DNA from: Octopus bimaculoides | Lineage: Eukaryota | Length of the DNA: 61,167 bases | NCBI RefSeq assembly: GCF_001194135.2 | Contig: NC_068983.1 | Span: 138,170,261 to 138,231,427 of the forward strand | Direction of reading: 5' to 3' | In this document: piece by piece, positions 36,613 through 50,436 of the stretch | Layout: each line of letters begins with the position of its first letter | How positions within the stretch are numbered: the stretch's first letter is position 1 | Program-made: the position numbers and the translations under genes | Notes under the pieces: model-generated | What the model saw: only the letters and a program-made list of their open reading frames with translations | Told to the model about the DNA's origin: nothing | Databases searched by the model: none

Positions 36613-36856
36613 GGAATTGCGAATGAAAAGTGTTGTGCCTCGTTTGCTAACGGAAGATCAAAAGCAGTTGCAACTGAATGTGTGTTGTGAACTGAAAGAA
36701 CAACTGGAACAACTGAAACAACCCTCCTTGTTCACCCAATTTCCCTCCTTGCGACTTTTTTCCCCCTAAATGAAAAAGGTCCTTAAAGGAAAACGTTTTG
36801 CAGATGTGGAAGAGGTGAAGAAAAAACGACGGAAGTGTTAAGAGGCGGAAAATGTA

Positions 36857-36875
36857 TACATACATGCATACATAC

Positions 36876-36906
<31 letters not shown>

Positions 36907-36909
36907 CAT

Positions 36910-36946
<37 letters not shown>
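36857..36946. repeat. (TACA)n/(GACA)n microsatellite
   Basis: Direct observation. Confidence 0.95.
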
Positions 36947-37849
36947 GTGGAATTTCTATTTGACTCCATGTGAATTGCTATGAATATATCGTTGTAATAT
37001 TAGACGAAAAAGCTTCCTTTATTGTTTATATTCGGATATATTTCATATTAGCTGATACTCATTCATTCTTATAAATGTATCAGCCATTTGTGCATCATCA
37101 ACTTATTCGAAGTATAATATATTTAAAATCTCCGGCAATATATGTACAGTCTTTGATCTGTGATCGCTATAATCTGTTTGTATACAATTAAATAAGTGCT
37201 ACCTTTGCACCAGAGAGAATGTGTGAATGGGGACGAGTGTGAATATGTGTGAATGGGGACGAGTGAGTTTGACGTGTGTGCGTGTGTCTGTTGTGTGTAG
37301 CAGTTGATGTGTGCTTTTTCAAGTGGTATGTGCACATGTGTATGTGTATGTGTGTGCGTGTCTTTGACCAAATCATGTGCATGTAAATGTTGGTGGGCGA
37401 AAGTAATCTTTGTGTATGCATGTTGCGTGTGTTTATGCGTGTTGCGTGTGTGTGTGTGTGTGTATATTGTCAGTGTTCAGGTATTACGTACTTGTGTGGA
37501 TGTAGGAGGATGTATTGTTTGTGTTCAGATATTATGTGCTTGTGTGTGTGTGTTAGTGTGCATGAGGGTATGTAGTGTCTGCACTGAATTAAACAGTGTC
37601 TGTCTGCTCGTATAGTAGTATGTGTGGTGATGCTATTGAAGACTGTGTCTGAGTATGTGGATAATGGTGTGTGATGTGGGTGCTGATAAGTGGTCGGTGC
37701 TAAAGTGTGTGGAGAGGGAAGGTGTTGTGGGAGTGTGTGTTATGGTGTGTGAAGTGAGTGATGAGTTGAACAGTGTGTATGGTTGTTTGTATAGTGCGTT
37801 TGTGGTGAGGGTACCCAGGTAGGTGGCATGCACATGTGCAGGTGAGGGG

Positions 37850-38045
37850 GCAGTTAAATGTGGGAGGTGTGTAAGAATCCGTGTGGGGTTGGAGTCAGAT
37901 GAAGAGAGGAGATTAGTTCCTGTTCATGGTGAAGGCGGGAGTCCGGGTGGCCCTTGTGCGGAGACAATCTGAGCACAGACAAATGTTTTATCGAATGACC
38001 GGTAGAGCAGATGTAGTGCAAGACCGGAGTGTCATAGCGGACCCC
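37850..38045 (-). mobile_element. Penelope-like GIY-YIG endonuclease C-terminal fragment
   Basis: TPVLHYICSTGHSIKHLSVLRLSPHKGHPDSRLHHEQELISSL. Homologous to 56770-56930 (PVLYHFCST...QHLFVFGLVLHKGRSDYSLGLEQ). Confidence 0.75.
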
Positions 38046-38399
38046 CCCCCCCAAAAAAAGATAATCACAAACGCAAAATCCATCACAAAATTGGGTATCG
38101 CTATTTCTAGTATTGCATTCTGTCTACCAGAGGCACCTGTGTAATATTAAAATATTTTAAAGATGGATCTTACAGCATTTTGATTTGAAATCTTGTAGTA
38201 ACATCGAAATTGGTTTTGAGATTAGTGATAACTTTTTCACAGATATATAAACTGAAAATATAGTATGTAATTGTAGTAGTCAGTCGCAAGTGATTATAAC
38301 TTGATAGCATTTACTATGCTTTCGCTAATTGTTTTACATCCCCATGTAGCTGAGAGAAAACATGCACTCCCCTCAGGTATATCACCATTGACCAAGCAG

Positions 38400-38560
38400 A
38401 ACAACCGTGTAAAGACAGAAACGGGCTGCACTATCGCTAAGCTAATTCTTACTTTCAGTTAAGTGGACTGGAATAACATCAAATAACGTACACAAGAACA
38501 CAGCATGATACTCGGTCCAGTAATCGAAACTGTAAAATTATGACCGATAGCCCATACTAA
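38400..38560 (-). mobile_element. SINE family C, diverged
   Basis: TTTCAGTTAAGTGGACTGGAATAACATCAAATAA...CACAAGAACACAGC is the reverse complement of the family C body at 35137-35370. Confidence 0.6.
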
Positions 38561-38899
38561 TACAAATAATTATTCTCTAAAATAAAGATATTATATCTAA
38601 ATTACGTTAATGCAATCAACCCTTGTCCACTTATATTCATTAATAACACTATGACCAATTATGTAGTAAATTATAACATCAGTTCAATATTTAAACTATT
38701 GCAAATGTATGAAGTAGGCTTGAAATATACGCAAATCAGATAGACACATCATCATTAATGCTTGCAAGATTATGGGAGGTAAAATAGCAAATTAAATATA
38801 CATTAACATTTCCTCTCCTCTCAGTAGATTAAATATCATGGCTCGTTCAATTGAAAAAAGGTTTTAAGCATTTCTTTGACGGAAAAATTAAAGCAAAGA

Positions 38900-39065
38900 A
38901 TCTTGTCCGACTCCCTTGCAATTTCGCTGAGGCTTTATAGAATCTGAAAGGATGTAAAATAAAGTTGATCTTGGCGGGATTCAAACTCACAAATTTAAGA
39001 ACCAGAATATATACGATATGATATTTCTTACAACGTTATAACGCTTTTACCAATTCGACGCCATT
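38900..39065 (-). mobile_element. SINE family A, old and diverged
   Basis: GAAAGGATGTAAAATAAAGTTGATCTTGGCGGGATTCAAACTCAC...ACCAATTCGACGCC resembles the inverted family A head. Confidence 0.6.
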
Positions 39066-40149
39066 TTCAATACACACTAGCATAATTGGAAGATGCTACA
39101 AGCTGTTAAATATCCTAAATAATTACATTACTATAAAACTCTTACGTTTCAACACTATTACCTTTAGGTGGATCAAGTTATGTAATTCTTTTAATCATGA
39201 AACTGTAGCTCATGATGAAAATGTCACTTGAGCTAACGCTTCACAGTGTCCGTGACGATTCATTATTAGCAAGCTACAACCAAATAGACAACAGTATAAG
39301 TTAACTTGCTGGAACACTAATTGCTAACAGATATAAACGAGTATTGTAAAAGCAGAAATAGAAGGACTAAACAAAAGATAAGTGGTGCTGCATTGTGAAC
39401 ACAATAACATTATCTTTAGTTCGCAATATTACATATATGACAACTTACAGTATATAATTCTGTAGATAGCACTCATAGATACCACCTCTATATCCATTTT
39501 CATATACACCCTTTTTCTCTCTTTAATATGCACACATTTACTCATACATAGACGAGAAAATAAGAACGGATAAAGACTTCCTCTTTGGAGAAAATGTTAA
39601 TAAATTGCAAATTTATTTGCTCTGAATATCTTCACAAACTTGCAGCTTTAGTTATCAAACTATGACCTTAACTCTCTGGTGGTTTCGTAACAGCTTACAT
39701 AAGAAGTTCGACATAGGGCTTCGCATTAGTCTCTACTTCATCCTATGACTGACCAACATATACCACTTTTGCTTTTATATTTAATCTGCTTCACTTTGAT
39801 GCAGATAATCACACATTTCCAATTCTAGTGTTTCTCCTTATACATAATACACATTAATTAGTTTTTCTTTTCCTCCCATTCTAGATGCAACAAATCACAT
39901 GTTTTCTCTCTCCCGTTATCTTCTCTGTGAGATTTTGAGTTGATCGATTCAAGAGTCATTGGTTGCTACCGTGTTATAGGTTCACTTTTTGTTCTAATAT
40001 ATTTAATTCTAATGGGCCACTTAACTGTAAAGAGGTATACCACAACAATATATTTCACAGCTGCGTAATATATGTGTGTATTCTTGTTACCATGTAGTGA
40101 AGATTGCAATTCATTCTATATGTATAGCTTGAAGAGAGATGGGTTTACT

Positions 40150-40600
40150 CTAGTAAGAATGCTGAATTATTTCTGCTTGTATGACCAAAGCTTATAGAAC
40201 CGAATACTATGCTGTTACTAATTTCATTATTTGTTCTCATTCCCTTGATATTCGATACAAGCAGAGATGGTATTAAGAAGATCAAGCATTTGTGGTATAA
40301 ACACTTCAAGCTAAAATAAATACTACAAGCAGTAGTGCAGCTTAATGATGTCTGCAGAGAATCTGCAGAACTGATGGATCTCTTGTTAGCGTGCAGTACT
40401 AAACCCCAAATCACCAAAAGATACAGAACAACAAAATCAATTACAGAACATGATGGAGAAATCTCTTAGTAGTCACTCTACATGCTAGACATAGCGGCCA
40501 AATCTCACTTAAGTCACATCTAACTGATTCGAAACAGGAACCTGGATGCATTTTAAGAAGTTACGAGATGATGACCTGAATGATTTTGAAAATGTACAAT
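40150..40600 (+). mobile_element. Possible RTE-like LINE linker/RT-start relic
   Basis: Weak: LWYKHFKL (cf. RW.EHF..LLN) and RHSGQISL (cf. K.GG..L). Heavily decayed. Confidence 0.3.
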
Positions 40601-41819
40601 CTGGGCTACAAAATCCAACAACAATCACCTCCCTCACATAACTCAGAAGCGTCTACAATCCCTAAAATTTGTATTTTACAAACTAAAACACCTACTTAGT
40701 TAAATAGAAACAGTAATAATACTATGATTAAATGAACAATAAATTTATAAATAGAAGCAAACTGTTGCTGTGTTCGAAATGTTTTCACCTAGCGCACCTT
40801 CACTGTCGCGCTGGCCAATTGCTAAAGACATACATATCAGTGTAAATTCGAAAAAAATTGCAGCGTGATGCACTGCTCAATAAATCGTTGCATATGAAGT
40901 GCATAATGTGAACATCAATTTGTTGCATTGGGGATGGATGGCATTTTTCGGTTGACCAACTAGCTATTGGCATAGCCTTGCTCAGTCAGCGTTGATATTG
41001 AGCTAAACAACAATTGTTAAAATATCAGCAGAAACAAAAATATATGACGACCCTATTTATGCGCTGACTTTTAAGAGTCAAATTCATTATGTGAATAGTG
41101 CTACTGCTCTATTTTAGTGGTATGTTTACGGAAGCCGTATCTGTTATGCAGATTCCTTTACCTGTTGAAATATTTTTTATCTTGCTTTAGTCCCTATACA
41201 TTATGGTCGATGTGGTTTACAAGTGAGGGAGTCGATATTTGGCCTGTTAAAATTAACATGAATATCTCAAATTATATCTCATCGACTTAGAAAAACACAT
41301 TAGAAAATGGTGCACTTTCTCTTGCGGTAAAAAAAGACTTGAAGCTACACCATAACAAAAATCCCGCCACAGAAAGACACCAAGCCAACAAATTTGATAA
41401 AATAGTCTATTAAGAGTTTGAGAACTGTTTATTATCATTATATACATAATTTGTAAATTAATTAATTGCCTAAATAGTTTACAGAAAACGGTAACTGCAT
41501 TGCTTATCCTTGTGGAATTTAAAGATTAGTTAAATTAAAAAGAGAATGCAATGTAGCTGTAGTTTTCGAAACTATATTATCGGTAAATATGAAATTCAGC
41601 GCTCGTCCCTCTGCGGCAGTTTGACCTTCCATCCAAACAATATACTTATAGACACAGGTGAACTATTTAGATAAGAATGAATTTAATAGATTCTAAGTGA
41701 TAAATATAAGATGAAGTGGGAAAAGAAGCAGAGATATGAAAGCAAACAGACAAGACCAATAATGATGGAAGAACAGGGGAAAAATATACAGATGAATGAG
41801 CTGAAGATTAATGTAGTAG

Positions 41820-42170
41820 TGTTAGTGATAATGATGATGATAATAATGGAGATGATGGTGATGATGGTGATGATAAGATGATAGTGATGATAGAAACAAG
41901 GACAAAAAGAAAGATATGTTAATTATGATTCCAAAGTGAGGAAAAAATGACATTATAATGATTATGATTATGATAATCAGAAGGATGATAAGGATGGTAA
42001 CAGTAAGGAAGATTATGAGGAGGTGGATTAATGCCGAACTAGTGATAAAAAAAGGAGAAAATATGAGGAAACAAATTATGAAAATATAAAATAAAAATAC
42101 TATTTTGTAGAGAGAATACAAATACAACCTTGAGGTTGGGTGCCTTCTCTTATTTGTTAAGAGGTTTTAG

Positions 42171-42235
<65 letters not shown>

Positions 42236-42580
42236 AAGTAGTTGTAATAGTAAATTATTGGGGCAATATAAAGAGTAGCAACATCACAAACATCAAGAAA
42301 AATAAATATATGCATATGATGAATATGAATATGATGGTGATGATGATGAATATGATGATGATGATGATGAGAAAGAAAAGAATGGAGATTTAAAAGAACG
42401 AAAAGAGGAAGAAGAAGAAGAAGAAGAAGAAGAAGAAGAAGAAGAAGAAGAAGAAGAAGAAGAAGAAGAAGAAGAAGAAGAAGAAGAAGAAGAAGAAGAA
42501 GGAGAACAACAGAAGCAGCTGCAGCAACAACAACAAACACAACAAAAGCACCGTCGACAACAATCAAGAAAATGGAAAGA
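41820..42580. repeat. Trinucleotide low-complexity cluster: (GAT)n, (CTA)n 42170-42236, (GAA)n 42409-42500, (CAA/CAG)n
   Basis: Direct observation; explains the poly-L, poly-H and poly-M ORFs. Confidence 0.95.
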
Positions 42581-43049
42581 AAATTAAAAAAAAAAATAAT
42601 GCAGAACTTCTGCTTGGGTAAGCCATTAATATGGGCCACTCAACAACGATCGTCCATTTTACTTTAGTCTGTTAAAGGCGGCCATTTATCAGACATATGT
42701 GTAGTCACGTGTTAAACAGATAATGAGCTGTGGATCGAATTGCTAGTGCAGCTATTGTTTTGTTTCTTCAGTTTTTTTTTGTATTATTTTTGTAGTTGTT
42801 GCCCTTCTCTGCAAATTTGTCTTTAATGCTGGTTGTTATTGAAGTCGACGGTGTTCTTTTTGTCGGTTGTTGTCATTGTTGTTCATCTTCCCATCATGGT
42901 TCTTATGTTATTACTTGTGCAACTTCTTGACTTACCACAGTAGTAGTAGTAATATTAGCAGAAGTACCAACACCAACAATAGTAGTAGTAATAGTTGTAG
43001 TTTTTTGATTACCTGTATTCACTATTGAACAGAGTGCAGTTCTACATCT

Positions 43050-43350
43050 GCGGTACTTGCAATGTTTTTTTTTAAGTGCTATTGTTTTGCGAACAGCCTG
43101 TAGTGTATGCGTTGGGCCTAGTAATACAATTAAAGTAGGTATGAAAGTTCTTGTGTTTTGGTTATATTTTCGCAGGTTACTTATTTTTATGGGGATTAAG
43201 TATACTTTCGACTCCTCACACCTTGTTTCCATCTATTGCGGTACCCTTATTTTTTTAAAAATAGTTTCTACATTTTGCTTTATAGATGTAATGTCGTTCG
43301 TTCGAGTTGAAACTTGCTTTCGTAGACATTTCCTTTCCTAATGGTCAAGA
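43050..43350 (-). mobile_element. Penelope-like RT fragment
   Basis: Minus-strand AAGGGTACCGCAATAGATGGAAACAAGGTGT reads KGTA(M)GTRC with a small indel, matching the PLE motif KGTAMGT..AP.YANL. Confidence 0.45.
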
Positions 43351-44149
43351 GAATGATTTCCCTTGTCTCGCTATTTGCATCATATGTCCCAGAATGACAA
43401 AAATATGGTGATTTTGATGCCGTTTATTTACTCTGAGACATATAAAATATAACCATATTTTCTAGTGTATAAAAGCGCCCAATCTGCCACTGACATGATC
43501 CTTATATATACTTCGCGCTGACTAAATCGAGCAGCAAGAAACAATGTGACTGATTACTTCTTCGTAGCATTTACATATCCAACTTATACTATTTGCTTTC
43601 CTTTCTACTGCATAGCTTTTTCAGTTTCTGGTGGGAAGGGTTTCGTTAAGTGCCATGATTTAAAAATAGTTCCATCTAATTCTGCTCAGCCGCTGCTGAG
43701 TTCTCTTCATTTAGTTCTTCTTCATCTTCTCGAGTATTGTCCATGTAAAATATTTTCCATGTTAAATATGGTAATTTATAATTCCATTATCCATTTATTT
43801 GCTTTCAATACTTTTTCTATACTTCGCATATGTGTTTGTTAACTTCGTCGCTGTTACCTTATAACTTTTGGCTTTCACTTTTGTTGATGTAGTATAACTA
43901 TTTGTATAACTTTCCCTTTATTCATTACAGTATACATTTTATAAAAATTTTGTAATTTCTTAAAACCTGTATCTCACATATAATTTTTAGTATCGAATTT
44001 TGGGCGATACATCTAAAAGCATTATTATTTTCTTGGCTTTACTATTTAACCTTGGTTACTCATTTAATTTCTTTTTCATTCCAACTATCAATTTTATTAG
44101 ATCAGTTATTGTATTAATATATATTCGTATTTTGTGTTTGGATAACATT

Positions 44150-44420
44150 TGACTGTTAAATTAATGAGTATATAATATTCCTTCATAACCCTCATTTCAT
44201 TAAAGTATGTGTTTGAGTATTCCAAAGACATTTGTACACTTAATGCAATACTGAGGCTGAATAATAGGCATGCACTGTGTGACATACCCCCCCACTCCAG
44301 TTAGTATTATTGATACAAACATTCGATAAACTTCTACACAGCTGCTAAATAACAAGTTTCTCTCACAAGTTTGGGTTGATCCGCTGCCACGATAGGAAAC
44401 ACTTGTCACAAACGCGGCAT
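44150..44420 (-). mobile_element. Possible Penelope GIY-YIG fragment
   Basis: TQTCERNLLF.SC...QPQYCIK resembles F.C.S.NLIY.I.C..C...YIG...H...I..PQY. Decayed. Confidence 0.35.
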
Positions 44421-45571
44421 AGTGAGATGGAATCCAAGATACTACGAAAGCCTAAGGAACCTCTTTATCTTTCAGTTAAGCTTAGTATATGTAATTATCA
44501 AGAACATTATTAATTTTTCTTCCTTGGTAGTTTCATGCGTGTCTTTATTGCATCACTTGGTGTACTTCGTGCTCCTGAGGTGTGTGTAGCATTGTGTTCA
44601 TATTTTTCTGAGAATTGGGGGGAGTGTAGACTTTTATCATCCTCCTTCTCCTCTTCCTATTCCTCCTCCTTCTGCCTCCTTCTCATAATTTTTGAATTTC
44701 ATTGCAACAAGGCATGTTTCACGTCCTTCCCTTTAGATTTAATATTTGTCATTTTCTATTATGTAGTTTAGTCTTGTATATTTTTTCTAGTTTTGTTAAC
44801 ATACACAACGCGAGAGTTAAAAAAAATTGTTGACAATATTTTACCCTAAGAAGGGGACATATTGTCCTCGCTATTCTGCTTCTATTTTGCTAGTCTGTTT
44901 CTGATTTGACGTTGTGTATATTGTGGAGATGTGGGTGATGATTTTGAATACAATGGCGGCCATCTTGTTTCTTCAGAGGAAGGGAATGTTTTAATGTCTT
45001 TAACGTTACAGACAAATTTGAAAATTTGGAAAATAACACAAACATATTTATCACGGACTTTAGAAATACAAACAAAATCGAAAATAACACATTGGACAAG
45101 AGTGCCAGCAGCGTGTCTTGTAACAACAAAGACGGTAGTTTTTCTTTCCACTAGAATATAATGATAACAGGTGACTATTGTAGGATGTAAAATCTGTTAA
45201 TAGAAACGCGTTGGCGAATGTGGTGGTTTCATGCATACGGTTAGACAACATTTAATGGAAGACAACATTCTAGAAAGTCAAGTGTGCCAGTTGGTACATA
45301 GACAAAAGACATTAAATAAATGAAAAATAAATGAAAAAATAAATGAAAAGACATTAAATAAATGAAAATGAAGGAAAAATTTATAGAGTACATAATTTTA
45401 TATGTATAGTTATAAAACTATATTAAGGGAAACTAGCGAGTATTTCAACAGGCCAAGCCATACGCTAAAAGAAGACGTCAAATGATGCTAAACTACCTTA
45501 AGTATCACATTAACACGTGCTGAAAGCGAGAGAAAAAACGAAGATTCATGAAGAGGTTCAGTTATGTATCA

Positions 45572-45572
<1 letters not shown>

Positions 45573-45635
<63 letters not shown>

Positions 45636-45680
45636 ACGCACACACACACACACATACACACGTACATATATATATATATC
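45573..45680. repeat. (CA)n/(TA)n microsatellite
   Basis: Direct observation. Confidence 0.95.
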
Positions 45681-45789
45681 CCATGTGAAAACGAACATTG
45701 GTGGGTTCTAAGAAATAATAAAATAGATAAGATCAGGCACCAACTATGTGGGAAGTAGTTTCTCATGTAGATTAACAAATATACTATTC

Positions 45790-46180
45790 CATTGAACGTG
45801 ATGTCAAAAAACCTCCACTGTTACAAATGTCCAAAAATATACACCTCTTTCCCTTTATGGGAGAATACTATTTATTAAGGTAAAGGCAAGAACATAGTCA
45901 AGACTAATAGAAATTAACGTTTCGGCTTTGGTTTTCTTCATAAAAGACTTATAGGGAGAATCGAAAAGCTTGTTGCTGTAATTATGGATGAATTTGAAGA
46001 CTAACCCGAAGTGAGCCTGGGTATTAGGCTAATAGAAGCTGATAACCGAGAAATACAAAACCGTCCCCGATAAAATTTTCATAAAGAACCTAAAAGTAAG
46101 TATTTAGCAGAGTACAGAAAATTCAGTTGTTTCAAGTGCTGTAATGCCCCTTCTCCTTCCTTAAACAACAGCAATATCAA
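45790..46180 (+). mobile_element. Possible L1/Tx1-type LINE ORF1 relic
   Basis: With one frameshift it reads TVPDKIFIKNLKVSILAEYRKFSCFKC, resembling the IP..I....V..EGR...C.KC start of a gag-like zinc knuckle. Upstream is KLVAVIMDEFED. Confidence 0.3.
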
Positions 46181-46899
46181 GAAAAAAATTGTAATATAAC
46201 CATGGAAACTGTTGTTGTTACCTAAGCGATCTGTGTCTTAAAAAACAGTAATGTCTTGAGCTACAGGGATAACATTCGAAAGAGAAACCTTTCTAACCAC
46301 GCTTTTAACCAAGTTGAAAATGGAAATAATCTTAGTCGAACTTCTCCCTCAAAAATATCTCTAGTAGAAATCCTACTCTCAAATTGCAACATCATATTTC
46401 TAAAGTAAAGAAGATGGAGTCTGAACCAAAATGGCGGATCACAAATAACCATAGAAGCAGAAAAAGAGGGGGAAAAAAAAAAAAAGGCTGCAGAGAATGC
46501 AGATTAAAAAAGGAGGAAAATTTCAGCATGAAGACGGCAACGAATAGTAAACAGCGTTTCATCTTCACATTCAGACTTTCATAATGATTTGGAAGAGAAA
46601 TGCGATGACGTGGTATAAAGGAAAAGATATATTGTGTCAGAGCGGGAAGGAGGATAATAAAAAATGAATACGCAGATAAGTTTCCCATCAAAACTGAGTG
46701 AAACATTTACATTAAAACAAAAGTAAAATTATCTTTTATAAAAATAAGAGTTTTTTGTGAAATCACGAGATTTTACAGAAATCGCGATATGTACGAAATC
46801 GAGAAACGGTGTATTGAGTGAGATAGAGCGTGTCTAGCGTCAGTGTCACCTGCTGAATGAACTCAGGTAATGAGGTCTGGAATATATATATATATATAT

Positions 46900-47043
46900 G
46901 ATAACAAACAGATGTATTAGTTTAACGCTCGGGAAGTGAAAAAGCCTTTAACGTTTGGAGCCTACGCTCTTCCACAGAAAGGAACACAGAATGAAACAAG
47001 GAGAGAATATAAAGAATGTGTAGTGGCTAGCGATCTATCATCG
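46900..47043 (-). repeat. Second copy of the 6600-6720 repeat
   Basis: Same-orientation homology to 6600-6720. Confidence 0.75.
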
Positions 47044-48028
47044 CGGCATGCACACACTCATTCCTGTGCGTGTGTGTTTGTGTTTTTATATCTGTATATG
47101 TGCACGAGTGCTTGGGTGTTGTAATTCTGGTAAAAATCTATTTCCATAATTTATGAAATAAATTAAGCGTATACAGTGTGTTTTATAGATTGGGCACAGA
47201 CACATACACACACACGCACACAAAGTGTGTATATGTGTAAACGGGTAGATAGAGAGAAGGAGAAGGCAGAGAGGAGAAGGGCTAAGGAGAAAAAGATAAT
47301 TATCTGTTACCTGCGACATCTACGAGCATTAATTATCTTTTAAATAGATATTTTAATTAAGCTTTCCTCGCTTATATTTTAGCAATTCAGATTCAATTTC
47401 TGATCGTCAAGAAATTAGTATTTATGTGTAAGATTTAAACTGATAGCGAATTCCTTTGTGTCTGCATCTTAGTAGTCAGTATTCAGTAGCAAGCTACTAT
47501 AACCTATGCTCAGAGCTAACAAGCTGTAATAAATATATTGAACTTAATGATGAGGCTGGTCGAAATAATTTTAAGGCTCAAATCTGATATTTTGTATATT
47601 AAAACAGCTTTCCATTGCTTTCACTTCTTAGCCCAATAACCTGTGTAAATGTATAGAGTAAATAGAACTTAATGCAAATAGTAAATGCGAATGCTGCTTC
47701 GGTACATCTCGGTACAACATAGCAAAAATTCAGCGACATGTTTATGGGCTCACAGTAATGCTGACGATAAGATACGAATCAACGACATCAAGTCCAATGT
47801 CTAATGCTTTAAAACAAGATTAATTTTCACCCACACACATTCGACTACGAAATTCATCGACGAAGAAATGGCTAAAAAAATTATATGTGTGTGTGTATGG
47901 TATATATATACTTTTTTCTAGTGACGAAAGTTACTGATCTCGAAAAAGTGAAAACAAGCAATAATAAATAAATAAGCGAGGTATAAACAGCAGCTGCTCG
48001 ATATCGTGAAGAATATTTGCCACCTAAA

Positions 48029-48180
48029 TGGAAGAAAGCAGCGAATTTATACGAAAACAAGGACGGAAAAACAACGGAGAAATGGTACACAAATACAAAC
48101 GCAAGCAACAGGACATTAAACAACAGGTAACTTTCGATTAAGGCCGAATTAAATTAAGCTGGCGTGTGTGGAAGTGAAAT
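48029..48180. repeat. Partial inverted copy of the repeat at 6224-6356
   Basis: Direct reverse-complement homology. Confidence 0.8.
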
Positions 48181-48191
48181 CTTACTGCAGT

Positions 48192-48265
<74 letters not shown>

Positions 48266-48275
48266 NNNNNNNNNN

Positions 48276-49178
48276 GTCATCCCATAAGTAATGCGGTTTT
48301 ATCAATTTCATGAGCTAAAAGTCGTAAAAGTCGGAGGAATAAACGGAATAAACAATCTGCATCAACTTGCTATAAAAGAAGATTAAAGTTTTACCTTGGA
48401 CTTATGCCTAGTGCAAGTTTTGAAGAGTGCAGTTCTATTTTAACAGTTATTTTTTCAAAGCTATAACGGAAGTGATAGAGGAGCATATTTTACCTCATGA
48501 GTTCAATGAAGGCAACAACGCAATCGGAAAATGTGAGGAATATTAATGCAGTACATGGGTATCGGACAATAAGCGCAAGCTAGCGACAACGGTTGTTCCA
48601 GAAATTCCGAGCCAGAAACTACAGCCTAGAAGACGAGCCTCGTCCTGGAAGATCTGTAGAGCTCGAAGAAGACGTCCTGCACACCCTGGTGGAACCAAAT
48701 ACTAACGTAGCTGTTGAGGAAGGAGCAGAGAAGCTTGGATTTGGTCATTCAACCAGTCATTTAAGTCAGCGCTAGATGAAAAACGACCATATCTAGTTTC
48801 AAGACGAAAGGTGTTTTTCCATCAGGATAATGCTCGGTCACATACAGCGAGAATGACACTCCAAAGGCTGAAGCAGTTTGAATGGGAGACGATGCTCCAC
48901 CCATCATATTCGGCCATCTTATCATTTATTCCGTAGTCTTCAAAATGATATAGACAGAAAATATATCAATTCTATCGACGAGGTCAGAACAGTGCTGGAG
49001 GAGTATTTTTCTTCACGGACAAGTGAATTTTGAAGAGGGGCTTTGCAAGTCTACCAGATAGATGAAAGAGCATTGTAGAAAATGAAGGAGAGTATATTTT
49101 AGATTAAAAAGGAACTTTATTGTAAATTTAATAAATAAAAGAAGCATAAAAAACCACATTATTTGTGGGATGGCCAGC

Positions 49179-49181
<3 letters not shown>
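48276..49181 (+). mobile_element. Mariner element with both TIRs, internally deleted
   Basis: TIRs GTCATCCCATAAGTAATGCGGTTTT and AAACCACATTATTTGTGGGATGGC. Coding: HEFNEGNNA...FQKFRARNYSLEDEPRPGRSVELEEDVL...GFGHST | LDEKRPYLVSRRKVFFHQDNARSHTARMTLQRLKQFEWETMLHPSYS...LPDR*KSIVENEGEYILD*. Confidence 0.92.
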
Positions 49182-49214
<33 letters not shown>

Positions 49215-50383
49215 TTGTTTCTCTGTACAGGTGCATCTTCATATCTTCTTACGCATTTGGGATTTTCCCTTGATACTTTAGAAAGTCCTTACTTCTGNNN
49301 NNNNNNNNNNNNNNNNNNNNNNNNNNNNNNNNNNNNNNNNNNNNNNNNNNNNNNNNNNNNNNNNNNNNNNNNNNNNNNNNNNNNNNNNNNNNNNNNNNNN
49401 NNNNNNNNNNNNNNNNNNNNNNNNNNNNNNNNNNNNNNNNNNNNNNNNNNNNNNNNNNNNNNNNNNNNNNNNNNNNNNNNNNNNNNNNNNNNNNNNNNNN
49501 NNNNNNNNNNNNNNNNNNNNNNNNNNNNNNNNNNNNNNNNNNNNNNNNNNNNNNATATATATATATATATAACATTTATATATGTAACATTTGATGACGA
49601 TAAGCACTCAATAGGTCAGCCAATTTTACTTTGAGCAGCTACAGTACTGTTTCATAGTTCCCTTATCAGCAGTATTATAAATTTTTTTAATTTCCAGCAA
49701 TTTTGACCTTCTTCGATATTGAGTTCAATTCTTTCTGTTGTCATGGTGCTCTGTATCAAAAAAGAGATTTGGGGAAATTTTCTTGTTTTGTTAGAATGAA
49801 ACCATGACCGCAGATATTAAAACGTCTTGGCAACCAGTCACACAAATGATGTCAGGCAATTTCTCCCTGAAGGTGGATGAATGAATGGATGAATAGATAA
49901 ATGATGATAATGACAGCTTCAATACATCCTTTGTGTTTAGTAATGAACATAGAGCAGGACCAGAGAAATTCCAGTAATATAGTGTTACAAGTCTAATTTG
50001 TTATTAGAGGTTTTTGAATGAAGATAATTTACCTAGTTATATAGTAGTCTTACTGGTTTTAATGATCTGGTCTGCTCGCCTCATGGTTCCGATTTAGAGT
50101 TCTACTGAAAAGATGTTTATTGCAGTAGCTGTCCAAAATATATTTAATGAACATAACGTATTTTATACAAACATTATAAAGAATTTTATCGAAGTCACTG
50201 CACAAATTATATTTAATTAGCGCAGAGTATTTATATTTTAGCGTGGCTATTAATGTTATGAATAATGTATAATACACTACTTGTATATAACAATGAAACT
50301 CCACAAACAGAATGCAAAGTTGGCCGTATAATCAAAAAAATTGGCCGTGGAACAAAGGACAGTACAAATACTGCTGCTGCTGT

Positions 50384-50384
50384 G

Positions 50385-50436
<52 letters not shown>
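50384..50436. repeat. (CTA)n microsatellite
   Basis: Direct observation. Confidence 0.95.

Larger units (their letters stand above)
35875..36848 (+). mobile_element. Mariner relic interrupted by a SINE and an inverted duplication
   Basis: AAETVVMLQTAYKGAAVSK..VY...NGHLPLEDQP | SINE | EDQPCSGPLVISRTNDNNARVHELILEDLRRIIEELVDMIGV | inversion | ELRMKSVVPRLLTEDQKQLQLNVCCELKEQLE/QLKHPPCSPNFPPCDFF...KGKRFADVEEVKKKTTEVL. Same family as 14049-14596. Confidence 0.9.

Noticed and set aside
43477-43500. TATA-box-like GTATAAAAGCGCC
   Set aside because: No downstream gene or exon is supported, and TATAAAA is frequent in AT-rich DNA.
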